From an uncultured Pseudomonadota bacterium (GTDB lineage: Bacteria > Babelota > Babeliae > Babelales > UBA12411): DNA of 45,775 bases. Each line of letters opens with the position of its first letter. The first letter of the stretch is position 1. The notes below the pieces were generated by a model. The model made no database searches. It was not told the origin of the DNA and was given only the letters and a program-made list of their open reading frames with translations. The translations under genes and the position numbers were made by a program. Of the stretch, positions 9,378 through 19,482 are shown one piece after another. The stretch is taken from assembly GCA_964415095.1 (NCBI GenBank), contig CAYPYR010000001.1:8583-54357 (forward strand), written 5' to 3'.

Positions 9378-9807
9378 TCAATAGCACGGCACCACCTGCA
9401 ACTTTAATTGCATTGAGTGCACCCGCACTGCATTGGTCTACACGCACTTGAAGCGATTTTGTAATCGCACCCTCTCCTAATAACTTCACGCTAAAATGAC
9501 CTTTGCCTTTAATTAATCCTTTTTTAATTAATGCAGCTCTATCTACTAATTCACCCGATTCAAATTTAAGTTCTAAATCACCTAAATTAACAATCTTTAC
9601 TTCTTTTTGATGAATATTAGTAAAGCCGCGCTTAGGCAAACGTCTTGAAAACGGCATTTGTCCGCCTTCAAATGATACGCGAACTCCAGCTCCTGACCGA
9701 GCTTTTTGTCCATTGTTACCACGACCAGAAGATCCACCTCGATCTCCGCCGCGACCTACACGCTTTCTTTTTTTACTCAGTTGATCAAGATTGTGTAGCT
9801 GTAGCAT
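9343..9807 (-). CDS. rplO: 50S ribosomal protein L15
   Basis: KRKRVGRGGDRGGSSGRGNNGQKARSG and FEGGQMPFSRRLPKRGF. The ATG at 9807 is preceded by GGAG (rc of 9814-9817) with a 6-nt spacer. Confidence 0.94.
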   Translation of the reverse strand: MLQLHNLDQLSKKRKRVGRGGDRGGSSGRGNNGQKARSGAGVRVSFEGGQMPFSRRLPKRGFTNIHQKEVKIVNLGDLELKFESGELVDRAALIKKGLIKGKGHFSVKLLGEGAITKSLQVRVDQCSAGALNAIKVAGGAVLLNEEIASGSVAS

Positions 9808-10333
9808 TTTTGTCTCCAACAATTTCACGAACAGTTTTTCCGCGTAATGCTGCTAATTCTTTTGCAGCGCGTAATTTACTCAAAGCATCTAATGTGGCTT
9901 GCACTACGTTATGTGCATTGCTTGAACCAAGTGATTTAGCAAGTACATCTTTAACACCTAATGCTTCCATAATGGCGCGAACAGCACCACCAGCAATAAC
10001 ACCAGTACCCTTAGATGCAGAACGAATAAGAACCTTGCTTGCGCAATGCTTACCTTGAACCGTAAAAGGAATAGTGGTCTTATAAAGCGGTATTGAGATC
10101 ATATTTGCTTTTGCACGCTTAAGCGCTTTAGAAATAGCAGATGCTACTTCACGGCTTTTACCAAGAGCAACACCAACGTTGCCTTGACGATCACCAACAA
10201 CGACAAGCGCCGAAAACGCAAAACGTCTTCCACCAGTTATAACTTTAGCAACACGTCGAACTTTTATAACTTTTTCGACATATTCTTCAGCAAGCGGCTG
10301 AATCTTTTTTTCTTTAGCTTCTGACATATTCAA
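9785..10333 (-). CDS. rpsE: 30S ribosomal protein S5
   Basis: 182 aa; VIKVRRVAKVITGGRRFAFSALVVVGDRQGNVGVALGKSREV. Confidence 0.96.
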   Translation of the reverse strand: MNMSEAKEKKIQPLAEEYVEKVIKVRRVAKVITGGRRFAFSALVVVGDRQGNVGVALGKSREVASAISKALKRAKANMISIPLYKTTIPFTVQGKHCASKVLIRSASKGTGVIAGGAVRAIMEALGVKDVLAKSLGSSNAHNVVQATLDALSKLRAAKELAALRGKTVREIVGDKNATATQS

Positions 10334-10349
10334 TAATCCTAGTCATTCG

Positions 10350-10703
10350 TTAAAATTTTAAACCGCTTTCACGAAGCCCTTGGGCTAAAGCAGCAACACG
10401 TCCTTGATAAGCACAAGAACCACGATCAAAAAATACTTCTGAAATTGCTTGTGCTTGTGCAATCTTACCAAGCTCAATACCAACACGATAAGCTATGGCT
10501 TTCTTATCCCCTGCTTCTTCAACTCGGTGAGATGAAAAGCTTACAAGGGTTTTTCCAGCAGCATCATCAATGATTTGAGCATAAATGTGTTTTAAGCTTC
10601 TAAAAACTGACACCCGCAGCTTTACGCCACGGCTTAATAATTTTTTTCGCACACGTAATTTTCTACGTTCTGCTTGTTTTAAAACATCTTTTTGCGCGCT
10701 CAC
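10350..10703 (-). CDS. rplR: 50S ribosomal protein L18
   Basis: 117 aa; LRVSVFRSLKHIYAQIIDD and FDRGSCAYQGRVAALAQGLRESGLKF. Confidence 0.95.
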   Translation of the reverse strand: MSAQKDVLKQAERRKLRVRKKLLSRGVKLRVSVFRSLKHIYAQIIDDAAGKTLVSFSSHRVEEAGDKKAIAYRVGIELGKIAQAQAISEVFFDRGSCAYQGRVAALAQGLRESGLKF

Positions 10704-10737
10704 GCAGGTACCCTTATCACTTATAATTTTTTATCAA

Positions 10738-11283
10738 TTAAGAACCTTTAGTCTTGCCTGCTTTGCGAAGAATAACTTCTCCCGCACGCATAATGCCAGT
10801 ACCTTTATAAGGTTCTGGTGGCCGACAGGATCTAATGCTATCGCATGTTTTGCCAAGCAAAACTTTATCCATAGATTTCAAACTGAGCGTCTGACCAGCT
10901 TTATCTATAGCTATCTCAACTTCATCAGGTAATGGAAATTCAATTTTATGACTATAACCAAGAGTTAACGTCAGGTTTTTACCATTAGCTTGCGCTTTGA
11001 ATCCCAAACCTACAATTTTTAATACCTGTTCAAAACCAGTATCTACACCTTTAATCATGTTAGCAACTAAGGCTCTATGTAATCCCCACAACGCTTTATC
11101 TTTATGCGATATTGGATTATCTTTTGGAGCAATAATCAATTCACCATTCTCAATGTTAACGGTAAAGATTTCTGGCACAATATGTGTAAATTTTCCCTTA
11201 GGACCACTGATCAAAACAGTATTGTTTTGCAGCTCTACCTTAGTGGAACCTAGTTTTATTGGTTTTCTTCCAACTTTTGACAT
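10738..11283 (-). CDS. rplF: 50S ribosomal protein L6
   Basis: 181 aa; MSKVGRKPIKL, VGLGFKAQ, PPEPYKGTGIM. Confidence 0.95.
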   Translation of the reverse strand: MSKVGRKPIKLGSTKVELQNNTVLISGPKGKFTHIVPEIFTVNIENGELIIAPKDNPISHKDKALWGLHRALVANMIKGVDTGFEQVLKIVGLGFKAQANGKNLTLTLGYSHKIEFPLPDEVEIAIDKAGQTLSLKSMDKVLLGKTCDSIRSCRPPEPYKGTGIMRAGEVILRKAGKTKGS

Positions 11284-11295
11284 GATGCTCTACCC

Positions 11296-11691
11296 TTACC
11301 ATACGTGACAAATTACTTCGCCACCTACATGTAATTCTTTTGCTTGTTTATCGGTAATGATTCCTTTATTGGTAGATAGTATCGAAATACCAAGGCCACC
11401 AACAACTGGCTCTAAATTATTGATCCGCTCATATGAACGTCGTCCCGGTGTACTCACGCGATTAATTTCTTGAATCGATGATTCACCATTAACATATTTC
11501 AAATGAACTTTTAGAATTGGCTTTAGAGGCTCATCTTCAATTTTTTGAAAATCCTTAATATAGCCTTCTTCTTTTAATACACGCGCTATGCCCAATTTTT
11601 CATTTGAAAATTGTACTTGGACAGTCCGCTTTGCAACCTTAATACCATTACGGATCACGGTTAAAAAATCGCCTATGCAATCTTTAGACAT
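11296..11691 (-). CDS. rpsH: 30S ribosomal protein S8
   Basis: 131 aa; DCIGDFLTVIRNG and C-terminal GGEVICHVW. Confidence 0.95.
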   Translation of the reverse strand: MSKDCIGDFLTVIRNGIKVAKRTVQVQFSNEKLGIARVLKEEGYIKDFQKIEDEPLKPILKVHLKYVNGESSIQEINRVSTPGRRSYERINNLEPVVGGLGISILSTNKGIITDKQAKELHVGGEVICHVW

Positions 11692-11710
11692 TTTTGTTGC
11701 ACCTTCCTAA

Positions 11711-11896
11711 TTACCAACTTGCTTTACGTACACCAGGCAATAAACCTTGGAGTGCAAATTTTCTGAAACAAAGCCTACACAGTAAAAACTGCCCCATAAA
11801 TCCTCGAGGTCTTCCACATTGCTTGCAACGATTACGTTGACGTGTGGAAAACTTTGGCGGCTTATTTGACTTTTCAATTAAACACTTTCTTGCCAT
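11711..11896 (-). CDS. rpsN: 30S ribosomal protein S14, short type Z (zinc-binding)
   Basis: 61 aa; [38 protein letters not shown] (CxxC...CxxC). Confidence 0.95.
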   Translation of the reverse strand: MARKCLIEKSNKPPKFSTRQRNRCKQCGRPRGFMGQFLLCRLCFRKFALQGLLPGVRKASW

Positions 11897-11905
11897 ACAG
11901 GTATC

Positions 11906-12448
11906 CTAGTTCTTTCGAAACGGCATGCTAAATGCTTTTAACAATGCACGCGCATGATCATCTTCTGATGATGTAGTAACAATCGTGATATTCAAACCAC
12001 GAGCCTTATCAACACTATCATAATCAACTTCTGGGAAAATCATCCAATCCTTGATGCCGAGATTATAGTTGCCACGACCATCAAGTTTATGTGAAACTCC
12101 TTGGAAATCCCGAACGCGTGGCAATGCTAAATGTACTAGTCTATCTAAAAACTCATACATTTTTTTACCACGTAGCGTCACACAGACTCCAATTGGCATA
12201 CCTTCTCGCAACTTAAATCCTGCAATTGATGTACGTGCTTTTGTTCGCACAACTGCTTGCCCAGTAATTTGCTCTAATATATCTTTGATATTAGACAATA
12301 CTTTACTATCAGCAACCGCATCTTTCGCACCAGTATTAATTACAATTTTTGAAATACGTGGCACCTGCATAATATTTTTTAAGCTCAATTGATCTTGAAG
12401 CTCATTTTGTATTTTGTCACGGTACAATGTTTCTAATCGTGCTCTCAT
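11906..12448 (-). CDS. rplE: 50S ribosomal protein L5
   Basis: 180 aa; LKNIMQVPRISKIVINTG and LPRVRDFQG. Confidence 0.95.
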   Translation of the reverse strand: MRARLETLYRDKIQNELQDQLSLKNIMQVPRISKIVINTGAKDAVADSKVLSNIKDILEQITGQAVVRTKARTSIAGFKLREGMPIGVCVTLRGKKMYEFLDRLVHLALPRVRDFQGVSHKLDGRGNYNLGIKDWMIFPEVDYDSVDKARGLNITIVTTSSEDDHARALLKAFSMPFRKN

Positions 12449-12468
12449 TTAATATCCTTAGCTGAGCC

Positions 12469-12786
12469 TTAGAAGGATTCTTTGCATCGATGGCAAATCC
12501 TAAATTTCTCGTCACCATTATCCATAAACTTCACTTGAATACGGCATGGTTGTTTACATGAAGCACATACTGGCATAACTTTATCAAGAGGAATAAAAGC
12601 TTCTTCTTTAATAATGCCACTTTGTTCACCTTGTCGGCGAGCCTTCATGTGACGTGTAACTATACCAATACCTTTAACTAAGACCGTACTCTTTTTTAAA
12701 TTTAATGCGATCACTCGCCCTTGCTTTCCTTTATCCTTACCGGAAATAACAAAAACAAGATCGTTCTTTTTTACTCGACTGAGCAT
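12469..12786 (-). CDS. rplX: 50S ribosomal protein L24 with a Cys4 C-terminal hairpin
   Basis: 105 aa. KOW motif [21 protein letters not shown]-terminus [33 protein letters not shown]. Confidence 0.94.
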   Translation of the reverse strand: MLSRVKKNDLVFVISGKDKGKQGRVIALNLKKSTVLVKGIGIVTRHMKARRQGEQSGIIKEEAFIPLDKVMPVCASCKQPCRIQVKFMDNGDEKFRICHRCKESF

Positions 12787-12804
12787 TAAAACCTCATCAT
12801 ATTT

Positions 12805-13173
12805 TTATAAAACTTCAGGGGCCAATGAAATAATTTTCGCAAACCCTCTTGCACGAAGTTCTCGCGCGATTGGACCAAATATACGGGTACCAACCGGCAG
12901 TTTTTCTTTGTCTACAATGACAGCTGCATTATCATCAAATCGTATATAGCTGCCATCTTCTCGACGTAATTCTTTACAAGTGCGTACCACAACAGCATTA
13001 AGAACTTCACCCTTTTTTACCGTTCCACCAGGTATCGCTCTCTTTACTGTTACTTTTACCATGTCACCAATGCGAGCATAACGCTTTCTGGTTCCACCAG
13101 TAACCTCAATAACCATTAATTCTTTTGCGCCTGAATTATCGGCAACAATTAATCGTGTTTGCTTTTGTATCAT
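12805..13173 (-). CDS. rplN: 50S ribosomal protein L14
   Basis: 122 aa; [22 protein letters not shown] and [14 protein letters not shown] overlap with the rpsQ stop. Confidence 0.96.
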   Translation of the reverse strand: MIQKQTRLIVADNSGAKELMVIEVTGGTRKRYARIGDMVKVTVKRAIPGGTVKKGEVLNAVVVRTCKELRREDGSYIRFDDNAAVIVDKEKLPVGTRIFGPIARELRARGFAKIISLAPEVL

Positions 13174-13463
13174 GATGCATGAGTCCTTGCTTTACGAATA
13201 ATTGAATTAAGGACCATGTGTTTTGTTTTTGAAATTGGTCTACTTTCTAAGATTTTGACCCAATCGCCAACAGATGCTTCGTTTTGCTCATCATGAACTT
13301 TATAACATTTATAACGTTCAATTGTTTTGCCAAACACTGGATGCTTAAACATACGCTGTACTTTAACAACAATGGTTTTATCCATCTTGTCGGAGACAAC
13401 TTCTCCTTCAAATGTACGATGCTCTACAAGCGAAACAACATTTCCGCGTACTATCTTTTCCAT
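13170..13463 (-). CDS. rpsQ: 30S ribosomal protein S17
   Basis: [42 protein letters not shown]. The track ORF starts at a TTG (13478). The ATG at 13463 has GGTAAGG 5 nt upstream. Confidence 0.93.
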   Translation of the reverse strand: MEKIVRGNVVSLVEHRTFEGEVVSDKMDKTIVVKVQRMFKHPVFGKTIERYKCYKVHDEQNEASVGDWVKILESRPISKTKHMVLNSIIRKARTHAS

Positions 13464-13512
13464 ATATACCTTACCCAAAATATTTTTACTGACATTTTCT
13501 GAACATTAAGAA

Positions 13513-13704
13513 CTAAATTCTGTCTCGTTTATTAAGTTCAGTTAATGCTTGTGCAATGCGTTTTTTAAGCTTCTTAAACTGAGAATAGTCTTTGACGTGC
13601 ATTGCTGAGGCATTAAGTCTTAGGGTAAACAATTCCATTTTTAATGAATGTACCTCATTCTTTAATGCATCAGTTTCTATATTTGAAAAATTTTCCTTAT
13701 TCAT
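13513..13704 (-). CDS. rpmC: 50S ribosomal protein L29
   Basis: 63 aa, helical, LKNEVHSLKMELFTLRLN; canonical rplP-rpmC-rpsQ position. Confidence 0.9.
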   Translation of the reverse strand: MNKENFSNIETDALKNEVHSLKMELFTLRLNASAMHVKDYSQFKKLKKRIAQALTELNKRDRI

Positions 13705-13736
13705 AATATACTCTATTTCATACTAAAGAGAAAGAG

Positions 13737-14150
13737 CTAAATAGCTTCTTTTTTAATAAACTTTGTCTTAATAGGAAGCTTATAAGCAGCGGCTTTAAAG
13801 ATTTCTTTTGCCTTAGCTTCATCAACACCGCTAAGTTCAAAAAGAATTCTTTCACGTCTCACTACAAAAACCCAGAATTCTGGATTACCTTTACCTTTAC
13901 CCATTCGTGTTTCAGCCGGTTTTTTGGTAATTGGCTTATCAGGAAACACGCGTAGGAAATAGGAACCTATTTTTTTTAAATTACGAGAGAGGGTCATTCT
14001 AACGGCTTCAATTTGCCGAGCAGTAAGCCATGCAGGCTCCACCGCAACTAGACCAAATTCTCCATGTGCAAGGGTACGGCCACCTTTTGAAAGACCAGCC
14101 ATATTTCCACGATGCACTTTGCGATATTTTGTTTTTTTTGGCATTAACAT
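13737..14150 (-). CDS. rplP: 50S ribosomal protein L16
   Basis: 137 aa; [15 protein letters not shown] and [13 protein letters not shown]. Confidence 0.96.
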   Translation of the reverse strand: MLMPKKTKYRKVHRGNMAGLSKGGRTLAHGEFGLVAVEPAWLTARQIEAVRMTLSRNLKKIGSYFLRVFPDKPITKKPAETRMGKGKGNPEFWVFVVRRERILFELSGVDEAKAKEIFKAAAYKLPIKTKFIKKEAI

Positions 14151-14168
14151 ATGCGTCGCCTTACCTTA

Positions 14169-14789
14169 TTAGTATTCACCCTTACAGACCCAAACTTTAA
14201 CTCCTATTACTCCGTAGGTAGTGAAAGCTTCTGCAAGAGCATAATCAATATTAGATCTTAGGGTATGCAATGGAATCGATCCCATACGCAACCACTCAGT
14301 TCGAGCAATTTCTGCCCCACCAAGTCGCCCAGCAACACAAATCTTAATTCCTTTTGCACCAGCTTTGATTGCAGAAAAACCAGCTTTTTTCATCAATCTC
14401 TTAAAACTGACACGTTTTTCTAATTGCTCTGCGATACTTTGAGCAATGAGCTGTGCATTAAGTTCAGGATTTTTAATCTCTTGGACGGAAACTTCAATAT
14501 TTTTTTTGAATTTCTTATGAAGATCGCCCTTGAGCTGTTCTATACCAAATCCTTTTTTTCCAATAACCAAACCTGGTCGAGCAGAAAAAATAGATACTTT
14601 AATATTATCGCCAGCTTTATCAATAGTAACGCGCGCCACTTCTGAATTTGCAAGAACATCCTTAAGATATGAACGAATTCGGATGTCTTCCATCACTTCT
14701 TGGCCATAAGATTCTTTAGCAAACCAATGGGAATGCCAATCTTCATGAATTCCTAATCGGAACCCAAATGGATGCACCTTTTGTCCCAC
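14169..14789 (-). CDS. rpsC: 30S ribosomal protein S3
   Basis: 206 aa; MGQKVHPFGFRLG, KH-domain LVIGKKGFGIEQLK, RLGGAEIARTEW. Confidence 0.96.
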   Translation of the reverse strand: MGQKVHPFGFRLGIHEDWHSHWFAKESYGQEVMEDIRIRSYLKDVLANSEVARVTIDKAGDNIKVSIFSARPGLVIGKKGFGIEQLKGDLHKKFKKNIEVSVQEIKNPELNAQLIAQSIAEQLEKRVSFKRLMKKAGFSAIKAGAKGIKICVAGRLGGAEIARTEWLRMGSIPLHTLRSNIDYALAEAFTTYGVIGVKVWVCKGEY

Positions 14790-14799
14790 AAAACACCTC

Positions 14800-15141
14800 T
14801 TACTTTGATTTTTGTTCTAAAATTACTTTAATATGACTTAATCTACGTCGCTGCATAGAAGCACGTCCCATAGCACCAGGTCTAAAATATTTATATATAG
14901 GACCTTCATCAACACGAATATCCTTTATAATTAAATCATTCATAGCTACCTGTTGCTCTGCATGTTTTGCATTAGCAAATGCAGAAAGAATTACCTTTGC
15001 AATAGGACAGACTCTGCGCACGGCGCATGTTTTAAGCCATGATAATGCATGTTCTACGTTATCGCCTCGTACAACATCCACAAAGGGACGAAGTTTATAA
15101 GGAGAGATACGTACATACTTGCTTGTAGCGCTAACTTGCAT
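14800..15141 (-). CDS. rplV: 50S ribosomal protein L22
   Basis: 113 aa; YVRISPYKLRPFVDVVRG and GPIYKYFRPGAMGRASMQRRRLSHI. Confidence 0.95.
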   Translation of the reverse strand: MQVSATSKYVRISPYKLRPFVDVVRGDNVEHALSWLKTCAVRRVCPIAKVILSAFANAKHAEQQVAMNDLIIKDIRVDEGPIYKYFRPGAMGRASMQRRRLSHIKVILEQKSK

Positions 15142-15168
15142 TGCAAAAACCTTTATTAATTATGCTAA

Positions 15169-15450
15169 TTATTTAGCAGCCGCTGATTTACGTTGGCCAC
15201 TGTGCATTTTAAATGTTCTGGTAGGAACAAATTCACCAAGTGCATGCCCAACCATATTTTCCGTTACAAAAACAGAAACAAATTTTCTGCCATCATGTAC
15301 CCCAAATGTTAATCCAACAAATTCAGGTATAATCATGCTAGCACGTTTCCAGGTTTTAATAACTTCTTTTTTCCCTGCGGTCTGCATTTTATTTACTTTT
15401 GTCATCAGCGACGGGTCAACATAAGGACCCTTATGAACTGAACGAGCCAT
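15169..15450 (-). CDS. rpsS: 30S ribosomal protein S19
   Basis: 93 aa; [12 protein letters not shown] and [30 protein letters not shown]. Confidence 0.96.
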   Translation of the reverse strand: MARSVHKGPYVDPSLMTKVNKMQTAGKKEVIKTWKRASMIIPEFVGLTFGVHDGRKFVSVFVTENMVGHALGEFVPTRTFKMHSGQRKSAAAK

Positions 15451-15473
15451 TTAATTCCTCTCAACTGTTCGGC

Positions 15474-16304
15474 TTAAGCATTACTGCCGGATTTACGACG
15501 GCGTATAATTAATGCATTTTTGCGTTTTCTCGTTCTCATACCCTTACAGGATTTGCCCCAAGGAGTTGTTGGATGAGAACCTGATTTAGAACGTCCTTCT
15601 CCACCACCATGTGGGTGATCCACTGGATTCATAGCCATACCACGGACTGTTGGTCGAATGCCCATATGGCGAGTTCTACCTGCTTTTCCGATAGATATGT
15701 TACGATGATCCGCATTTGAAAGAGTTCCAATCGCAGCCCAGCAATCAAGAGAAACCTTACGAATTTCACTCGATGGCATTTTTAAAATTGCAAAATCTTG
15801 CTCTTTAGCCATCAATTGTATTGCAGTACCGGCACTGCGTGCAAAAACACCGCCACGACCTTGTTGCAACTCAACATTGTGAACAAAAAATCCAATAGGA
15901 ATGTTTCGTAACGGTAAATAGTTACCCACGTGAGCATCCGCTTTATCGCTTGCAATAACTACTGATCCAACTTTTAACAAATTTGGGCTCAAAATATAAT
16001 TTTTTGCACCATTTTTGTAAACGACAAGTGCTATTGGCACATTGCGATTTGGATCGTATTCAAGTGCAACAACTTTACCTTCTACGTCACGTACCATACG
16101 CTTAAAATCTACCACACGATACGTACGTTTCGCACCACCACCGCGGTGACGAACAGTTATTCTTCCATACGCGTTTCGTCCACCCTTTTTATGTAAAGGA
16201 GCCGTAAGCGAACGCTCAGGTTCTTTTTTACTTAAATCAGGATTAGAAATGTACATTTGTTGACGTAAAGAAGCATTTACCGGTTTTCGACGAACTATAG
16301 GCAT
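15474..16304 (-). CDS. rplB: 50S ribosomal protein L2
   Basis: 276 aa; GGGAKRTYRVVDFKR and MNPVDHPHGGGEGRS. Confidence 0.97.
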   Translation of the reverse strand: MPIVRRKPVNASLRQQMYISNPDLSKKEPERSLTAPLHKKGGRNAYGRITVRHRGGGAKRTYRVVDFKRMVRDVEGKVVALEYDPNRNVPIALVVYKNGAKNYILSPNLLKVGSVVIASDKADAHVGNYLPLRNIPIGFFVHNVELQQGRGGVFARSAGTAIQLMAKEQDFAILKMPSSEIRKVSLDCWAAIGTLSNADHRNISIGKAGRTRHMGIRPTVRGMAMNPVDHPHGGGEGRSKSGSHPTTPWGKSCKGMRTRKRKNALIIRRRKSGSNA

Positions 16305-16305
16305 A

Positions 16306-16653
16306 TTAAACTCCCTCGTCCTTAACCTTTTCTGCTACCGCTTCTGAAACACCCATGGTCTCATATTGCTCAGGAAGGTCAATATTATAGCCTTTTTTCA
16401 AGGTGATAATTGCCTTTTTCACTGCAGAAGTTTGGTATGAACGACGCTTGACCATTTTATTTTTTCCGTGCAAATGCACTATGCGTACATCTTCAACCTT
16501 AACGTTCCAAATTTTTTCTATAGCCTTACGAATCTCAATTTTATTGGATTCAGTATGTACGCGAAAAGTAATTTTCCCATACTTTTGACGCAAGGCTAAA
16601 GACTTAGGGGTTGAAATAACACCCTTTATAATGTCATATATTGTCAGTTCCAT
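16306..16653 (-). CDS. rplW: 50S ribosomal protein L23 (acidic C-terminal extension)
   Basis: 115 aa; [31 protein letters not shown]. The 5' end overlaps the rplD 3' end by 10 nt. Confidence 0.93.
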   Translation of the reverse strand: MELTIYDIIKGVISTPKSLALRQKYGKITFRVHTESNKIEIRKAIEKIWNVKVEDVRIVHLHGKNKMVKRRSYQTSAVKKAIITLKKGYNIDLPEQYETMGVSEAVAEKVKDEGV

Positions 16654-17282
16654 TTGCTAACCATGTCTTTAAATAAGTCTGCATCTTGCTTTAAAAACAC
16701 CCATTGCTTGCAATCAGCTAAATCAAAAGCATTTGGTTGATCATAAAATAGAATACGGACATTAGGAATATTTCTAAATGAAGCAAAATTCAACATATCA
16801 TGAGTATTCAAAAACAGCAAAATCTTGCTATTATCAATACCCATTTCACGAATTGCTGAATTAGCAAGTTTAGTACTTGGGCGATTTTGAGCATATTGAA
16901 GGTCTAAACCATGAATACGTCCAGCCTCTAATGCACCAAAAAATAAATTGTTAAATACGCGTGCACGTTGTTTCTGTGAGAAACGAAGTGTTCTTATGCG
17001 TGGTTGTGGTCCAAAAATGGTACCACCTTTACGCCAAAGAGGCGAACTTCTTGTACCAGCGCGCGCACGACCAGTACCTTTTTGACGCCATGGTTTTTTT
17101 CCAGAGAATGCTACTTCGCCACGTGATTTAGTACCTACTGTACCTTGGCGCCAATTCTGCCGCAATACACGAATAGCACATGCAAAAGCATTTCCATTCA
17201 ACGGAACTTTATCGAGGGTCAGATCAAATGATATCTGCTCTAACGCTTTACTAGTAGCATCATACATTTTAATTTGTTGCAT
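16644..17282 (-). CDS. rplD: 50S ribosomal protein L4
   Basis: 212 aa; [33 protein letters not shown]. Confidence 0.96.
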   Translation of the reverse strand: MQQIKMYDATSKALEQISFDLTLDKVPLNGNAFACAIRVLRQNWRQGTVGTKSRGEVAFSGKKPWRQKGTGRARAGTRSSPLWRKGGTIFGPQPRIRTLRFSQKQRARVFNNLFFGALEAGRIHGLDLQYAQNRPSTKLANSAIREMGIDNSKILLFLNTHDMLNFASFRNIPNVRILFYDQPNAFDLADCKQWVFLKQDADLFKDMVSKWN

Positions 17283-17287
17283 GAGCG

Positions 17288-17920
17288 TTACCCTTGTTTT
17301 TGTACATATAGTAAGGAACCGACTTTACCAGGCACACATCCCTTGATAAAAAGATAACCATTATCTTTGTCAATCTTTACTACCTGAAGGCCCTTTATGG
17401 TAACTTTTGAAGTACCACAATGCCCTGGTAATCGTTTACCTTTAATAATTTTTCCTTGTCGTCTCATATGACTTACTGAACCAGGAATACGATGGAAGTT
17501 TGAACCGTGTGTCTTTGGACCACCAGCAAATCCCCAACGTTTTACTACACCAGTAAAACCACGACCTATAGTATAGCCTGATACATCAACGATTTCTCCT
17601 TGATTCAATGCTATATCGTTACCATTAAACGCTTGGCCTACAGAAAATTTTTCACATTCTTCGGGAGTTTCAATAATAATTTCTCGAACATGTGCAAAAT
17701 ATCTTTTTTTATCTTTGAGCCATGCTAGTGAAAATTGATCATTTTGATATTTTTTACGCAAGTTAACAACTTGTATAGCACAATAACCATCACGCTCTAC
17801 TGTTTTAATTTGTGCAACATACCAATGTGAAAAATTAATTACCGTTACCGGCACCACTCGCTTGTTCTCATCGAACACTTGCGTCATTCCAATTTTATTT
17901 CCAGGCAATCTCGTGAGCAT
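17288..17920 (-). CDS. rplC: 50S ribosomal protein L3
   Basis: 210 aa; [10 protein letters not shown] and [21 protein letters not shown]. Confidence 0.96.
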   Translation of the reverse strand: MLTRLPGNKIGMTQVFDENKRVVPVTVINFSHWYVAQIKTVERDGYCAIQVVNLRKKYQNDQFSLAWLKDKKRYFAHVREIIIETPEECEKFSVGQAFNGNDIALNQGEIVDVSGYTIGRGFTGVVKRWGFAGGPKTHGSNFHRIPGSVSHMRRQGKIIKGKRLPGHCGTSKVTIKGLQVVKIDKDNGYLFIKGCVPGKVGSLLYVQKQG

Positions 17921-17928
17921 ACTGTCCT

Positions 17929-18234
17929 CTATCGAATCTCTACATCAACACCAGCAGAAATATTCAATTTCATGAGCGCATCCATTGTCTGCTCTACCGG
18001 TGAAACAATATCTAAAACACGCTTATGAGTGGTTAACTCAAATTGCTCACGCGACTTTTTATCAATATGCGGTGATCGCAACACCGTAAATATCTTTTTT
18101 TTGTTTGGAAGGGGAACAGGCCCCACAATTTGTGAGCCTGTTCTTTTAACCGTCAAAACAATTTGCTTAACTGCGCGATCAAGGAGCTGATGATCGTAAG
18201 ATTTCAGCGTTAAGCGTATTTTTTGTTTCTTCAT
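17929..18234 (-). CDS. rpsJ: 30S ribosomal protein S10
   Basis: 101 aa; [22 protein letters not shown] and [14 protein letters not shown]. Confidence 0.96.
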   Translation of the reverse strand: MKKQKIRLTLKSYDHQLLDRAVKQIVLTVKRTGSQIVGPVPLPNKKKIFTVLRSPHIDKKSREQFELTTHKRVLDIVSPVEQTMDALMKLNISAGVDVEIR

Positions 18235-18259
18235 GAATAAACCTAGCTATTCTATTGCT

Positions 18260-19450
18260 CTATTCTATTATCTCAGTAACAACACCGGCACCGATAGTTC
18301 TACCACCTTCACGAATAGCAAACTTTGATTCTTTTTCCAATGCAATTGGATGAATCAATTCAACGTTCACGTCAACGTCGTCACCAGGCATAACCATTTC
18401 ACGACCAGCTGGCAATATAATATTACCAGTAACGTCGGTGGTACGAATATAGAACTGTGGACGATATCCGCTAAAGAATGGACTATGTCTTCCACCTTCA
18501 TCTTTAGACAAGGTAACAATTTTAGCCTTGAATTTCTTATGAGGGGTTATTGAACCAGGAATAGCAAGCACTTGTCCACGTTCAACATCTTCTTTTTTAA
18601 CACCACGTAATAAAAGACCAACGTTATCACCAGCTTGACCTTCATTGAGAATCTTGTTAAACATCTCAACGCCGGTTACGGTGGTTTTTACGGTAGGCTT
18701 AATACCAACAATTTCAACTTCTTGACCAACTTTAATGATACCTTGCTCAATACGACCGGTTACTACAGTACCACGACCTGAAATTGAGAATACGTCTTCA
18801 ACAGGCATCAAGAATGGCTTATCAGTATCACGCTTTGGTGTTGGAATGTAAGTATCAACTGCTTCCATCAACTTTACAATAGCTTCTTCACCAAGCGGAC
18901 CCTTGTCGCCTTCAATTGCTTTAAGCGCAGATCCTTTAATTACTGGAATTTCATTCCCAGGGAAGCCATATTTGTTCAAGAGATCGCGAACTTCTTCTTC
19001 TACAAGTTCAACCAACTCTGGATCATCAACCATGTCAACTTTGTTAAGGAAAACAACGATAGATGGAACGTTAACCTGACGCGCAAGAACTAAGTGTTCA
19101 CGTGTTTGAGGCATTGGACCATCAGCAGCAGATACTACTAATATCGCACCGTCCATTTGTGCAGCACCGGTGATCATGTTTTTAACATAATCAGCGTGAC
19201 CAGGACAATCAACGTGCGCATAGTGACGATTTGCGGTCTCATATTCTACGTGAGATGCGGAAATCGTGATACCACGTTGCTTTTCTTCTGGAGCCTTATC
19301 AATTTGATCATACGCAACTGCTGTGCCACCAAATTTTTGTGACATAACTTTAGTAATAGCAGCTGTTAAACTTGTTTTCCCATGATCAACGTGTCCAATT
19401 GTTCCAACGTTACAATGGGGCTTTTTTCTCTCAAATACACCTTTTGCCAT
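18260..19450 (-). CDS. tuf: elongation factor Tu
   Basis: 396 aa; [45 protein letters not shown]. Confidence 0.98.
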   Translation of the reverse strand: MAKGVFERKKPHCNVGTIGHVDHGKTSLTAAITKVMSQKFGGTAVAYDQIDKAPEEKQRGITISASHVEYETANRHYAHVDCPGHADYVKNMITGAAQMDGAILVVSAADGPMPQTREHLVLARQVNVPSIVVFLNKVDMVDDPELVELVEEEVRDLLNKYGFPGNEIPVIKGSALKAIEGDKGPLGEEAIVKLMEAVDTYIPTPKRDTDKPFLMPVEDVFSISGRGTVVTGRIEQGIIKVGQEVEIVGIKPTVKTTVTGVEMFNKILNEGQAGDNVGLLLRGVKKEDVERGQVLAIPGSITPHKKFKAKIVTLSKDEGGRHSPFFSGYRPQFYIRTTDVTGNIILPAGREMVMPGDDVDVNVELIHPIALEKESKFAIREGGRTIGAGVVTEIIE

Positions 19451-19482
19451 GTATGTTCCTTCCTAATGGAAACACTAGTATT

